Source: an uncultured Fibrobacteraceae bacterium (lineage in GTDB: Bacteria; Krumholzibacteriota; Krumholzibacteriia; LZORAL124-64-63). From it: a stretch of 64,000 bases of DNA. Under the pieces are notes generated by a model. The model worked only from the letters and a program-made list of their open reading frames with translations, made no database searches and was not told where the DNA came from. Within the stretch, counting starts at the first letter, position 1; every line of letters starts with the position of its first letter. This document shows positions 30,667-42,680 of this stretch, piece after piece. Made by a program: the position numbers and the translations under genes. Location of the stretch: positions 8,927 to 72,926 of the forward strand of contig CAYFKR010000009.1 in the NCBI GenBank assembly GCA_964343835.1, in the 5' to 3' direction.

Positions 30667-33363
30667 GTGAAGCTGATCATCGTGGAGTCGCCGGCCAAGT
30701 CCCGCACCATCGAGAAGTTCCTGGGCAAGGACTACACGGTGGCCGCCAGCTACGGACACATCCGGGACCTGCCGGGCTCCGCCGCGGAGATCCCGGAGGC
30801 CTACAAGGGCCAGCCCTGGGCCCGCCTGGGCGTGAATCCCGAGGACGACTTCGCCCCGGTCTACGTGGTCTCCCGCGAGAGCCGCAAGCACGTGACCGCC
30901 CTGAAGAAGCTCATGAAGGGCGCCGAGGAACTGCTGCTGGCCACGGATGAGGACCGCGAGGGGGAGGCCATCAGCTGGCACATCCTCGAGGAGCTGAACC
31001 CGAGCATCCCCGTCCGCCGGATCACCTTCCACGAGATCACGAAGAACGCCATCCGCGAGGCCCTGGAGCACCCCAGGGAGGTGGACGACAAGCTCGTCCG
31101 CGCCCAGGAGAGCCGCCGCATCCTCGACCGCCTCTTCGGCTACGAGTTGTCGCCCGTGCTCTGGAAGAAGGTCCGCACCAAGCTGAGCGCCGGCCGCGTG
31201 CAGAGCGTGGCCCTGCGCATCGTGGTGGAGCGCGAGGAGGAACGCCTGGCCTTCCGCACTGCCGAGTTCTGGGATCTGGAAGCGGACCTCGCGGGGCCGG
31301 ACGGCACCCCCTTCGTCGCCCGCCTCCATGAGGTGGACGGCAAGCGCGTGGCCCAGGGCAAGGACTTCAGCGGCGACACGGGCGAGCTCGTGAAGCCGGA
31401 CAGGGTGCACCACCTGGATGGCGACGCCGCCCGCGCCCTGGCCGCCGCCACCATGTCCGCCGCTCCCTGGAACGTGGCGTCGGTGGAGCGCAAGGAGACG
31501 CGCAAGCGTCCCTCGCCCCCGTTCATCACTTCGACCCTCCAACAGGCCGCCAGCTCGCGCCTGGGCATGACCCCGCGCCGCACCATGCAGGTGGCCCAGA
31601 AGCTGTACGAGGGCGTGGAGCTGGGTGGAGGCGAACGGACCGGTCTGATCACCTACATGAGGACCGACTCGTTCACCCTGTCGAACGAGGCCCTGTCGGC
31701 TGCCCAGACCCTCATCCGCGATACCTGGGGCCCCGAATACACCGACGGCCCGCGCTTCTACCGCAGCAAGTCCAAGAGCGCCCAGGAGGCCCACGAGGCC
31801 ATCCGCCCCACGGACCTGTTCCGCCGTCCGGAGTCCGTGGCCTCCCGCCTGGACAAGGACGAGCTGGCCCTCTACAGGCTGATCTGGGAGCGGACGATCG
31901 CCTCGCAGATGACGGACGCCCGCCTCGACCGCACGACCCTCGACCTGACCGTCGCCCCCGCGGATGCCGCGCCGTGCCTGTTCCGGGCCACGGGCTCCGT
32001 CGTGCGCTTCCCCGGTTTCCTGGCCGTCACCGGTGGCGGCCGCGACGAGTCCATCCTGCCCGAGCTGACCGAGGGCGACCTGATCCACGCCGCCGGCAGC
32101 GACACCGACGGCGCCGTCCTGACCGCCGTCCGCCCCGAGGGTCACGAGACCTCGCCGCCGTCGCGCTTCACCGAGGCGTCGCTCATCAAGCGCCTCGAAG
32201 AGGCGGGCATCGGCCGGCCGTCCACCTACGCGCCCACCATCTCCACCATCCTGGCCCGCGAGTACGTGGTGAAGCGCAAGGGCAGCCTGGTGCCCACCTA
32301 CGTGGGCATGGCCGTGACGCGGCTGCTGCGCGACCACTTCGAGCGCTACATCGACGAGGGCTTCACCGCCCGCATGGAGGACGACCTGGACCTCATCGCC
32401 TCGGGCGAGGTGGACTGGAAGACCTTCCTGCACGCCTTCTATCACGGGGCGGGGGACTCGGACGGCCTGATGGCCGACATCGCCGTGCAGCTGCCGGATA
32501 TCGACTATCCCGCGATCCCCATCGGCGACGAGCCCGAGACCGGCGACGCCCTGACCGTGCGCATCGGCCGGACCGCCGCCTACCTCGTGGCCGGCGAGGG
32601 CGACGACGCCCGCCGCGCCACCATCCCCGTGGACCTGCTCATCGACGAGCTCACGCCCGACAAGGCCCGCGAGCTGCTGCTGGCCAAGGAGCGTTCCCGC
32701 GAGCCCCTGGGGCAGGACCCGGAAAGCGGCGAGAACATCTACGTGCTGGTCGGTCCGTTCGGCCCGTACATCCAGCTCGGCGAGGTGGTGGACGAGGGCC
32801 CCAAGCCCAAGCGCGTGGGACTGGGCCGCGGCACCGACCCCGCCGGCGTGGACCTGGAGATGGCCCTGCGCCTGCTGTCGTTGCCGCGTGTGCTGGGGGA
32901 GGACCCCGAGTCCGGCAAGAAGGTCCGGGCCGGCCTCGGCCGCTTCGGCCCCTACGTGGAGTGCAACCGCGTGTACGCCAGCGTGGAAGACGTGTCGGTG
33001 CTGTTCACCGTCACCCTCGACGAGGCCCTCGAGCGCATCCGCAACAAGAACAAGAAGCCCGTGCTCAAGGATCTGGGCCCCCACCCCGAGACGGGCGAGC
33101 CCGTGCAGGTCCTCAAGGGCCGCTACGGCCCCTACGTGACCGACGGCACCGCCAACGCCACCCTCAAGGGTGTGGACGACCCCACGACCCTGACCATGGA
33201 GCAGGCGCTGCCGCTGCTGGCCGAGGCCGCCACCCGCAAGGGCAAGAAGAAGACGCGCAAGAAGGCGACGACGAAGAAGACCACGAAGAAGGCCGCCAAG
33301 AAGACGACGACGAAGAAGACCACGAAGAAGGCCGCCAAGAAGACGACCAAGAAGAAGGCCTGA
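30667..33363 (+). CDS. topA: DNA topoisomerase I with GxxGPY C-terminal repeats and lysine-rich tail
   Basis: TOPRIM (IVESPAKSRTIEKFLG...YGHIRDL), Topo IA core, three GPY repeats, KKTTKKAAKK tail; GTG start with GAGGAG RBS. Confidence 0.92.
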   Translation: MKLIIVESPAKSRTIEKFLGKDYTVAASYGHIRDLPGSAAEIPEAYKGQPWARLGVNPEDDFAPVYVVSRESRKHVTALKKLMKGAEELLLATDEDREGEAISWHILEELNPSIPVRRITFHEITKNAIREALEHPREVDDKLVRAQESRRILDRLFGYELSPVLWKKVRTKLSAGRVQSVALRIVVEREEERLAFRTAEFWDLEADLAGPDGTPFVARLHEVDGKRVAQGKDFSGDTGELVKPDRVHHLDGDAARALAAATMSAAPWNVASVERKETRKRPSPPFITSTLQQAASSRLGMTPRRTMQVAQKLYEGVELGGGERTGLITYMRTDSFTLSNEALSAAQTLIRDTWGPEYTDGPRFYRSKSKSAQEAHEAIRPTDLFRRPESVASRLDKDELALYRLIWERTIASQMTDARLDRTTLDLTVAPADAAPCLFRATGSVVRFPGFLAVTGGGRDESILPELTEGDLIHAAGSDTDGAVLTAVRPEGHETSPPSRFTEASLIKRLEEAGIGRPSTYAPTISTILAREYVVKRKGSLVPTYVGMAVTRLLRDHFERYIDEGFTARMEDDLDLIASGEVDWKTFLHAFYHGAGDSDGLMADIAVQLPDIDYPAIPIGDEPETGDALTVRIGRTAAYLVAGEGDDARRATIPVDLLIDELTPDKARELLLAKERSREPLGQDPESGENIYVLVGPFGPYIQLGEVVDEGPKPKRVGLGRGTDPAGVDLEMALRLLSLPRVLGEDPESGKKVRAGLGRFGPYVECNRVYASVEDVSVLFTVTLDEALERIRNKNKKPVLKDLGPHPETGEPVQVLKGRYGPYVTDGTANATLKGVDDPTTLTMEQALPLLAEAATRKGKKKTRKKATTKKTTKKAAKKTTTKKTTKKAAKKTTKKKA
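33265..33345 (+). repeat. Tandem ~36-39 bp coding repeat (x2) encoding the lysine-rich KKTTKKAAKK tail of TopA
   Basis: acgaagaagaccacgaagaaggccgccaagaag repeated in tandem. Confidence 0.6.
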
Positions 33364-33365
33364 CC

Positions 33366-34733
33366 ATGACCAGCCAGCTCCCGGATCCCCCCGTGCACGT
33401 GGCGGGCGGCGGTCTCGCCGGCTGCGAAGCCGCCCTCCAGCTCGCCCGCTTCGGCATCCCCGTCGTGCTCCACGAAATGCGCCCCGCGGTGACGACCCCG
33501 GCCCACGGCTCCGAGGGCCTGGCGGAGATCGTGTGCAGCAACTCCCTCAAGAGCACTGTCGCGACCACGGCTTCCGGCGTCTTCAAAGGGGAGCTGGACC
33601 TGCTTGGCTGTCGCCTCCTGGAGGCCGCCCGCGCCTCCGCGGTTCCGGCCGGCGCAGCTCTGGCCGTGGACCGCGAGGCCTTCTCGGCGGCGGTCGAGGC
33701 CCGCATCGCCGCGGAGCCGCTGATCACCGTCGTCAGGGACGAGGTCAGCGAGCTGGACGACCGCCCCTGGATCATCGCCACGGGTCCCCTGACCAGTCCG
33801 GCCCTCCAGTCCGTGATCGCCGACGGCACCGGCCGCGACGGCCTGCACTTCTACGACGCCATCGCCCCGACGGTCACCCTCGAGTCCCTGGACCTCGACG
33901 TGCTGTACCGCGCCGCCCGTTACGGCAAGGGCGACGACGACTACCTCAACGCCCCCCTGGACCGCGAGCAGTACCACGCGTTCATCGCGGCCCTGGACGC
34001 CGCCGAGCGCGCCGATGTCCAGTCCTTCGACCGCACCGAGCTCTTCGAGGGCTGCATGCCCGTGGAGGAGATCTCCGCCCGTGGACCCGAGACCCTTGCG
34101 CACGGCCCCATGCGGCCCGTCGGCCTGCGCCATCCGGTGACGGGCGAGCGCCCATACGCCGTGGTCCAGCTGCGCCAGGAGAACGAGGCCGGCACCCTGT
34201 TCGGTCTGGTCGGCTTCCAGACGCGGCTGAAGCAGGGGGAGCAACGCCGCATCTTCCGCATGATCCCCGGCCTGGAGAAGGCCGAGTTCGTGCGCTACGG
34301 CCAGCTCCACCGCAACACCTACCTGGACACGCCGCGGGTCCTGGAACGGTGCTTCGCCCTGCCGGAGCGCCGCAACGTCCGCTTCGCCGGTCAGATCACC
34401 GGGGTCGAGGGCTATGTGGAGTCCATCGGCTCCGGGCTGTGGACGGCCTGGCGCCTGGCCGCCGAGCTCCTCGACGCCGACCTGTTCGACCTGCCCTGCA
34501 CGAGCCTCGCCGGCTCCCTGCTCAACGGCCACCTCTTCGACGACACCACCCCCCGCCTGACGCCCATGAACGTCAACTTCGGCCTCCTGCCGCCCCTGGA
34601 CGACCCGCCGCGCGGTCGACGCGGCAAGCACGCCCGCAAGGAGATGCTGGGGGAGAGGGCCCTGGAGGACGTCGCCGCCTGGCTGGAGGAGGACGGCCCC
34701 GTGGCCCTGCTTGCCCGCGAGGCGCGCCGGTGA
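33366..34733 (+). CDS. trmFO: Methylenetetrahydrofolate--tRNA-(uracil54-C5)-methyltransferase TrmFO (Gid)
   Basis: FAD-binding GGGLAGCEAA N-terminus and TrmFO-type core. Confidence 0.85.
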   Translation: MTSQLPDPPVHVAGGGLAGCEAALQLARFGIPVVLHEMRPAVTTPAHGSEGLAEIVCSNSLKSTVATTASGVFKGELDLLGCRLLEAARASAVPAGAALAVDREAFSAAVEARIAAEPLITVVRDEVSELDDRPWIIATGPLTSPALQSVIADGTGRDGLHFYDAIAPTVTLESLDLDVLYRAARYGKGDDDYLNAPLDREQYHAFIAALDAAERADVQSFDRTELFEGCMPVEEISARGPETLAHGPMRPVGLRHPVTGERPYAVVQLRQENEAGTLFGLVGFQTRLKQGEQRRIFRMIPGLEKAEFVRYGQLHRNTYLDTPRVLERCFALPERRNVRFAGQITGVEGYVESIGSGLWTAWRLAAELLDADLFDLPCTSLAGSLLNGHLFDDTTPRLTPMNVNFGLLPPLDDPPRGRRGKHARKEMLGERALEDVAAWLEEDGPVALLAREARR

Positions 34734-34755
34734 TAGCATCCCCGCCGGAGGCGTG

Positions 34756-35706
34756 ATGGAGCTGCTCTCGGCATTCCTGGACCACCTGAGACTCGAGAAG
34801 GGGCACAGCCCGCGGACCGTGGAGGGCTACGGCCGTGACGTGCGTGCGTTCCTGACGGGCGTCGTCGCCGCCGGCCATGCGGATGCCGCGGACTCCCGCG
34901 CTCCCTGGGGTCGGCTGGCCGAGGACCGTTCGGTCCTCCGCGGCCATCTCGCATCCCTGCGCAATCGTGGCCTGGAGCCCGCAACCATCGACAGGAAACT
35001 GGCTTCCGTCCGCGCCTTCTACCGTTTTCTCGTGCTCGAGGGCGTCCTCTCGACCCTGCCCGAGCAGCTCGGCCGCGGGATCGGCGGCGGTCGTCGGCGC
35101 ACCCTGCCCAAGCAGCTGCCGGAGGAGGTCGTGGAGCGGCTCATCGAGCTGCCGGACACCGCCACGCCCCGGGGCCGCCGCGATCGGGCCCTCTTCGAGC
35201 TCATCTACGGCCTGGGCCTTCGCCTCGCGGAGGCCGTGGGGCTGGACCTGGGCGCCCTGGACCTGCCCGGCGAGCGTGTCAGGGTCACGGGCAAGGGCGA
35301 CAAGGAGCGGATCCTGCCCCTGGCGGGCATCACGGCCCGGGCCCTCCTGGAGCATCTGGGGGGCAGGCTGGAACCTGACCTCATGAGCCGCGTCCTGGAT
35401 GGCCGGACGCCCGCCGACGCCTTGGGGCTCCCCGTCTTCACCGGGCGCAGGGACCGGCGCATCCATCCCCGCACGGTCCAGGCCCGGGTGGCCCGCTACG
35501 CCCAGGAACTGGCGGGCGTATCCGGTGTCTCACCGCACGTCCTGCGCCATTCCTTCGCCACGCACCTGCTGGACGGGGGAGCCGGCATCCGCGTCGTCCA
35601 GGAACTGCTCGGGCACGAGCACCTGACGACCACCCAGATCTACACGCACCTGTCCCGGGCCCGCCTGCGGGAGGAGTTCCGGAAGGCTCACCCGAGATCC
35701 CGCTGA
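34756..35706 (+). CDS. xerC: Tyrosine site-specific recombinase, XerC-like
   Basis: Phage-integrase catalytic domain ([12 protein letters not shown]...[16 protein letters not shown]); which copy is XerC versus XerD is tentative. Confidence 0.7.
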   Translation: MELLSAFLDHLRLEKGHSPRTVEGYGRDVRAFLTGVVAAGHADAADSRAPWGRLAEDRSVLRGHLASLRNRGLEPATIDRKLASVRAFYRFLVLEGVLSTLPEQLGRGIGGGRRRTLPKQLPEEVVERLIELPDTATPRGRRDRALFELIYGLGLRLAEAVGLDLGALDLPGERVRVTGKGDKERILPLAGITARALLEHLGGRLEPDLMSRVLDGRTPADALGLPVFTGRRDRRIHPRTVQARVARYAQELAGVSGVSPHVLRHSFATHLLDGGAGIRVVQELLGHEHLTTTQIYTHLSRARLREEFRKAHPRSR

Positions 35707-35732
35707 GGATCTCGCACATACGGAGACACGAT

Positions 35733-36274
35733 ATGCAGCTTCATGCGACCACCGTCCTGGCCGTCCTGCGCGACGGCGGGGGCGCCATCGGCAGCGACGG
35801 CCAGGTGACCCTGGGCAACACCGTCGTCAAGAGCGGGGCCGTGAAGGTCCGCACCCTCTTCGGGGGACGGGTCCTGGCGGGCTTCGCCGGAGGAGTGGCC
35901 GACGCCCTGACCCTCTTCGAGAAGTTCGAGGGCCACCTGGAGCGCTACCGCGGCAACCTGCGCCGGGCCACCGTGGAGATGGCCCGCGAGTGGCGGAGCG
36001 ACAAGATCCTGCGCCGCCTCGAGGCCATGCTCATCGTCATGGACGACCAGGAGATCTTCACCGTCTCCGGCAACGGGGACGTGCTGGAGGGCGACGGCGG
36101 CATCGCCTCGGTGGGCAGTGGCTCGCCCTACGCCCTGGCCGCGGCCCGGGCCCTGCGCCGGCACACGTCCATGAGCGCCCCGGAGATCGTGGCCGAATCC
36201 CTCCAGCTGGCCGGCGAGATCTGCATCTACACCAACCGCAACGTGACGGTGCTGGAACTGGGGGAGGGCGACGA

Positions 36275-36278
<4 letters not shown>
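35733..36278 (+). CDS. hslV: ATP-dependent protease subunit HslV (with 5-residue N-terminal extension before the Thr nucleophile)
   Basis: [11 protein letters not shown]...[11 protein letters not shown] matches the HslV N-terminus; 4-nt overlap with hslU. Confidence 0.9.
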
Positions 36279-37630
<1,352 letters not shown>

Positions 37631-37661
37631 GCAACGGGGCCCCGCGCCCCCGGAGGCATCC

Positions 37662-38579
37662 ATGAGTCTGGGCAAGAAGGACTTTCTCTCCATCGCGGAT
37701 CACACCACCGAGGACCTGCGCCGGATCCTCGACCTGGCCAAGGAGCAGAAGCCCCTGGCCCGCCGTCACGAGCTGCCCCACAGCCACCCGAACCGCACCC
37801 TGGCCTGCGTGTTCGCCAAGCCGAGCCTGCGCACGCGCATCAGCTTCGAGACGGCCATGATGCAGCTGGGCGGCAAGTCCCTGTTCATCACCGACAAGGA
37901 GATCGGGATGGGCGTGCGGGAGAGCATCTACGACGTGGCCAAGGTCATGAGCCGCTTCGTGGACGGCATCATGATCCGCTGGTTCGACGACGGCGAGGTG
38001 CGCGAGCTGGCGCAGCACGCCGACGTGCCCGTGATCAACGGCCTCACCGACCTGCTGCATCCCTGCCAGGTGATGGGGGACATCCTGACGGTCGAGGAGC
38101 ACCTCGGGACCATCGAGAACAAGACGGTCTGCATGGTGGGCGACGGCAACAACCTGGCCAACAGCTGGATCAACGCCTCGCGTCGCTTCGGCTTCAACTT
38201 CATCCTGGCCTGCCCCGAGGGCTACGAGCCCGACGCCGCCATCATGGACGCGGCCGAGAAGGACGGCGCCTCGTTCTGCGTCATGAATGACCCGGCCGAG
38301 GCCGTCGAGGGCGCCCACGTGATCTACAGCGACGCCTTCTACAGCATGGGCCAGGAGGAGGAGGCCGTGAAGCGCCGCGCCGACTTCGCGCCCTTCCAGA
38401 TCACCAGCGACCTGCTGAAGGCGGCGGACGAGCAGCACATCGTGCTGCACTGCCTGCCCGCCCACCGCGGTGAGGAGATCACCGACGAGGTCATGGACGG
38501 CCCCCACTCCGCCGTCTTCGACGAGGCCGAGAACCGCCAGCACGCCCAGCGGGCCGTCATCGCCCTGCTGATGGGCTAG
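37662..38579 (+). CDS. argF: Ornithine carbamoyltransferase
   Basis: SLRTR, HPCQ and HCLP motifs of the OTCase family. Confidence 0.85.
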   Translation: MSLGKKDFLSIADHTTEDLRRILDLAKEQKPLARRHELPHSHPNRTLACVFAKPSLRTRISFETAMMQLGGKSLFITDKEIGMGVRESIYDVAKVMSRFVDGIMIRWFDDGEVRELAQHADVPVINGLTDLLHPCQVMGDILTVEEHLGTIENKTVCMVGDGNNLANSWINASRRFGFNFILACPEGYEPDAAIMDAAEKDGASFCVMNDPAEAVEGAHVIYSDAFYSMGQEEEAVKRRADFAPFQITSDLLKAADEQHIVLHCLPAHRGEEITDEVMDGPHSAVFDEAENRQHAQRAVIALLMG

Positions 38580-38602
38580 GCGGTCCGGTGCGGGGCGCAC
38601 GC

Positions 38603-39823
38603 ATGGGACGCAGGGGCGGGGCCGTCGGCCTCGCCCTGCTCCTCTGCCTCGCGGCGTCCTGCGCCACCATGGAGATGCCGACGGGAGGCCCGCCCGACAT
38701 CACGCCGCCCGAGATCATCGCCTTCAGTCCGGACAGCGCCGCCGTGGGCCTGGTCGGCGTGGACCGGCTCGTCTTCCAGTTCTCCGAGAAGATGACACGC
38801 CGTCCCGCCGAGTCCTTCATGCGGTTCTACCCGGACCTCGAGGTCCGCAAGACCAAGTGGAAGAGCCGGCGCACCCTGACGGTGATCCTGGCCGACACCC
38901 TGCCCGCCGACACGGTGATCGTGGTGGAGATCCCCAAGGGACTCCAGGACGCGCACCGCGTGCCGAGCGTGGGCAGCCTCGTGTTCCCCATCGCCACCGC
39001 CGACAGCATTCCGGACGGGGTGCTCGCGGGCCAGGCGCTCCTCGAGGGCGAACCCGCGGCCGGCGCCGTCGTGGAGCTGTACGAGGTGCCGCCGGACTCG
39101 GTCGACTGGACCCGGCAGCCCGTGGTGCGACGCGCCGAGGCGGACACCATCGGCCGCTTTACAGTGCCGTGGCTCACACGTCCGGCCGGGCCGTGGCTCG
39201 TGCGCGTCTTCTTCGACGACAACGACGACCTCCGCCCGGGCGAGAGCGAACCGTCGCGGCTGTGGCCGGGGGAGTTCTCCCTGACCGCCGATCTGGCCGA
39301 GCGCGACCTGGGCGTGCTGACGGTCTACAAGCCCACGACGCCCGGCTCCATCATCGGGCTGCCGGCGGAGGGCGACTCGACCGTGTTCGGCTGGCCCCTC
39401 TCCATCGCCGAGGACGACACGGGCTTCGCCCCGGGCCACGCCCGCTCGGCACCGGCCGGGCTGCTGGCCGTTTCGCCCGGCGACACCAACGTCTGGAGCG
39501 AAGCCGGCCCCGGCCTCACGCGTCTCGTGCTGTTCCGGGACCTGGACGGGGACAGCCTCATGAGTGCCATCCCGGATTCAGTGGCAGCCGACTCCGTGGC
39601 CTGGCTCTGGGAACCGTTCGCTTTGGTCGACTCCCTGGAGATCGAGGCGGGACTACCCGTCGAGGTCCAACTGCCGGCGGTGCCCGACACCATGATCCGA
39701 TGCCTCGTGCCTCCGCCGCTGCCCGCGCCGGCGGATACCGCCTCCGCGGCGACCGACACCCTGTGCACCGTCGAGGCTCCCGCCGACAGCATCGCGCAGC
39801 CCGCCGAGGAGGAAGAGCCGTGA
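38603..39823 (+). CDS. Hypothetical lipoprotein with Ig-like domain(s)
   Basis: Lipobox LAAS/C after MGRRGGAVGLALLLCL; PDITPPEIIAFSPDS Ig-like motif. Confidence 0.45.
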   Translation: MGRRGGAVGLALLLCLAASCATMEMPTGGPPDITPPEIIAFSPDSAAVGLVGVDRLVFQFSEKMTRRPAESFMRFYPDLEVRKTKWKSRRTLTVILADTLPADTVIVVEIPKGLQDAHRVPSVGSLVFPIATADSIPDGVLAGQALLEGEPAAGAVVELYEVPPDSVDWTRQPVVRRAEADTIGRFTVPWLTRPAGPWLVRVFFDDNDDLRPGESEPSRLWPGEFSLTADLAERDLGVLTVYKPTTPGSIIGLPAEGDSTVFGWPLSIAEDDTGFAPGHARSAPAGLLAVSPGDTNVWSEAGPGLTRLVLFRDLDGDSLMSAIPDSVAADSVAWLWEPFALVDSLEIEAGLPVEVQLPAVPDTMIRCLVPPPLPAPADTASAATDTLCTVEAPADSIAQPAEEEEP

Positions 39824-40638
39824 GCCGATCCGTCCCCTTCGCCAAGATGCACGGCGCCGGCAACGACTTCGTGGTCTTCGCCGCCGCCGACCTGCTGGAC
39901 GCCGGCGTGGAGCTGGACCGCGGAGCCATCGCACGGCTCTGCCACCGCCGCACCGGCATCGGCGCCGACGGCCTGCTCGTGGTGGGCTCCGACCCCGACC
40001 ACGACTTCCGCATGACCTACTTCAACAGCGACGGCGGCGAGGCCGAGATGTGCGGCAACGGCGCCCGCTGCGCCTTCGCCTTCGCCCGTGAGCTCGGCCT
40101 GTGCAGCGACCAGGGCACCTTCGCGTCGTTCTCCGGCTCCCATACCGGCGCCCTCGACGGCGACGACGTCCGCGTCTCCCTGACCCCGCCCCACGGCATC
40201 GCCCTGGACGTGGCCACGGGGGTGGAGCATCCCTTCGGCCCCGGCCACGCGGCCGACACGGGCGTGCCTCATCTGGTCTTCCCGGTGGAGAACATCGAGA
40301 CCGTGGACCTGCCACGCTGGGGCCGCACCCTGCGTGAGTCCGAGGCCTTCGCCCCCGCCGGCACCAACGTCAACTGGGTCCAGCGTCGCGACGACGGCAC
40401 CTGGCTGATCCGCACCTACGAGCGCGGCGTGGAGGACGAGACCCTGGCCTGCGGCACCGGCGCCTCGGCGGCCGGACTGCTGCTCTGCCTGCTGGGGGAG
40501 GCGGCATCGCCCGTCCGCCTGTTGACACGGGGCGGGGACCGGTTGACCATCACCGTCACCGACCCTCAGGGGTCTCCCGTCATCGAACTGACCGGACCGG
40601 CCGTGACCGCGTTCCGGGGAGAGGTCGCGATCTCATGA
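39819..40638 (+). CDS. dapF: Diaminopimelate epimerase
   Basis: MHGAGNDFVVF, catalytic CGNGARC and second Cys region GTGA; GTG start overlapping the upstream stop. Confidence 0.85.
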
Positions 40639-41531
40639 CCGCACGAGCGAGGCTGCCGGAAGGCATCTACACGGCCCTGATCACCCCCTTCCGCGACGGC
40701 GCCGTGGACGACGCCGCCTGGGAGACCCTGGTGGCCCGTCAGGTCGACGCCGGCGTGGCCGGCATCGTGCCGGTGGGCTGCACGGGGGAGGCCGCCGCCC
40801 TGGACGCCGCGGAGCGGGAGCGCCTGGTGCGCGCCTGCGTCGAGATCGCCGACGGCCGTTGCTGCGTGCTGGCGGGTTCCGGCACCAACGTCACCGCCTC
40901 GACCATCGAAATGACGAAGCTGGTGAAGGCGTGGGGCGCCGACGCCGCCATGCTCATCTCCCCCTACTACAACAAGCCCCAGCAGCACGGTCTGGTGGCC
41001 CACTACACGGCGGTGGCACGAGCCGTGGACATCCCCCAGGTCGTCTACAACGTGCCGGGTCGGACGGCCGTGAACATCCTGCCGTCGACGGTGCGGGCGA
41101 TCGCCGTCGAGCCCAACGTGGCGGCGGTGAAGGAGGCCAGCGGCGACCTGGACCAGATCGGCGAGATGTGCACCACCGACCTGCAGATCTTCTCCGGCGA
41201 CGACGGCCTGAACCTGGAGATCCTGGCCCGCGGCGCCCACGGCGCCATCTCCGTGCTGAGCAACCTGCTGCCCGCCCACCTGGTGCGGATGTGGAAGGCC
41301 TGGCGCGACGGGCGCGAGGACGAGGCCCGCGCGATCTTCGCGGCCACGGAGCCGGTGGTCGCCGCCTGCTTCCGCGAGACCAATCCCGTCCCCACCAAGG
41401 AACTGCTGTCGCTGTCCGGCTACTGCACTCCCGAGCCGCGGTTGCCCCTGGTGACCGCCCTGCCGGAGAACAGGGAGTGGCTGGCCCGCTTCCATGCCGA
41501 GACCCTGGCGCCGCTGCTGGAGGCCGAGTGA
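40635..41531 (+). CDS. dapA: 4-hydroxy-tetrahydrodipicolinate synthase
   Basis: DHDPS family (ALITPF...GIVPVGCTGEAAAL...YNVPGRT). Confidence 0.9.
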   Translation: MTARARLPEGIYTALITPFRDGAVDDAAWETLVARQVDAGVAGIVPVGCTGEAAALDAAERERLVRACVEIADGRCCVLAGSGTNVTASTIEMTKLVKAWGADAAMLISPYYNKPQQHGLVAHYTAVARAVDIPQVVYNVPGRTAVNILPSTVRAIAVEPNVAAVKEASGDLDQIGEMCTTDLQIFSGDDGLNLEILARGAHGAISVLSNLLPAHLVRMWKAWRDGREDEARAIFAATEPVVAACFRETNPVPTKELLSLSGYCTPEPRLPLVTALPENREWLARFHAETLAPLLEAE

Positions 41532-42280
41532 TGTCGGCCCTGGTGGTGAGCGTTCACGGGGCGGAAGGCCGCATGGGGCGACTGGTGACCGAACTGGTGG
41601 AGGCCACCGACGGCTTCACCCTGGGCGCGCTGCTCACCGAGGTTGGTCGCGGCCGCGACGTCGGCGACTTCCATCCCTCGCTCCCGCTGACCCCCCAGGA
41701 CCGGTTCGCCGACGTGGTGCCGGAAGGGTCGGTGGTCGTGGACTTCTCCCTGGCGCCCGCCCTGGAGGGACTCCTGGCCGGAGCGAAGGACGTGGGCGCC
41801 GGCCTCGTGATCGGCACCACCGGCTATTCGGACGATCAGGAGGACGCCCTGCGCCGCCACGCGGAATCGCTGCCCGTCGTCCACGCCACCAACTTCAGCG
41901 TCGGCGTCCCCCTGATGGCCATGCTGCTGGAGCGTCTGGCGGACGTGCTGCCCGACGGCTTCGGCGCGGAGCAGGTGGAGACCCATCACCGGCACAAGGT
42001 GGATCGGCCCAGCGGCACGGCCCGCACCCTGTCCACGGTCTGGACGAACCGGCGCGGGGGCGAGGCTCCGCCCACCCATTCGCTGCGCATCGGCGGCATC
42101 ACCGGCGAGCACCGCTGGACCTTCGCCGACGACGAGGAGACCATCGAGGTGGTCCACCGGGCCCAGTCGCGCCGGGCGTTCCTCAGGGGCGTGGTGCCGG
42201 CGGTTCGGTTCGTGGCGGGGCAGGAGTCGGGGCTCTACGGCATGGGGGACGTGCTGGCGGCCGCTGCGGCGGCTCGATGA
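41531..42280 (+). CDS. dapB: 4-hydroxy-tetrahydrodipicolinate reductase
   Basis: DapB N- and C-domains (GRMGRLV...EVETHHRHKVDRPSGTA); 1-nt overlap with dapA. Confidence 0.85.
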   Translation: MSALVVSVHGAEGRMGRLVTELVEATDGFTLGALLTEVGRGRDVGDFHPSLPLTPQDRFADVVPEGSVVVDFSLAPALEGLLAGAKDVGAGLVIGTTGYSDDQEDALRRHAESLPVVHATNFSVGVPLMAMLLERLADVLPDGFGAEQVETHHRHKVDRPSGTARTLSTVWTNRRGGEAPPTHSLRIGGITGEHRWTFADDEETIEVVHRAQSRRAFLRGVVPAVRFVAGQESGLYGMGDVLAAAAAAR

Positions 42281-42300
42281 CCGGCGACCGGCAGGCACGG

Positions 42301-42335
42301 AAAAAGGGGCCGAACATTCGTCCGGTCCCTTTTCT
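42301..42335. terminator. Bidirectional Rho-independent terminator between convergent dapB (+) and rpsT (-)
   Basis: AAAAAGGGGCCGAAC-attc-GTCCGGTCCCTTTTCT: stem flanked by an A-tract and a T-tract. Confidence 0.65.
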
Positions 42336-42375
42336 CGATCGCACGGCGATGTCTCGGTCGTCCGACCCTCTTCGC

Positions 42376-42630
42376 TTACTTGGCGAAGAGCGCGGCGGCC
42401 CGGGCCTTCAGGCGCGAGGCGCGCTTGCGGGGGATGACACCCTTGCGGGCCTGGACGTCGAGCATGCTGTAGATGCCCGTCAGCGTCTCGGGGGCGTTAT
42501 CGCCCTCAGCGACGCAAGCGGCCCTGAAGTTCTTCAGCGCGGTACGCATCTCGGCGCGGTTCTCGCGGTTGTTCGAGCGGCGGACCTTGTCCTGCTTCAG
42601 GCGCTTCTTGCAACTCTTGTGATGCGGCAA
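42376..42630 (-). CDS. rpsT: 30S ribosomal protein S20
   Basis: 84 aa basic protein, S20 family (HKSCKKRLKQDKVRRSNNRENRAEMRTALKNF); TTG start with AAGGAGG RBS. Confidence 0.85.
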   Translation of the reverse strand: MPHHKSCKKRLKQDKVRRSNNRENRAEMRTALKNFRAACVAEGDNAPETLTGIYSMLDVQARKGVIPRKRASRLKARAAALFAK

Positions 42631-42680
42631 CTTGGGACCTCCTTATGCACATCAGCCGCAGAACTTAGCAGGGAAACCCC

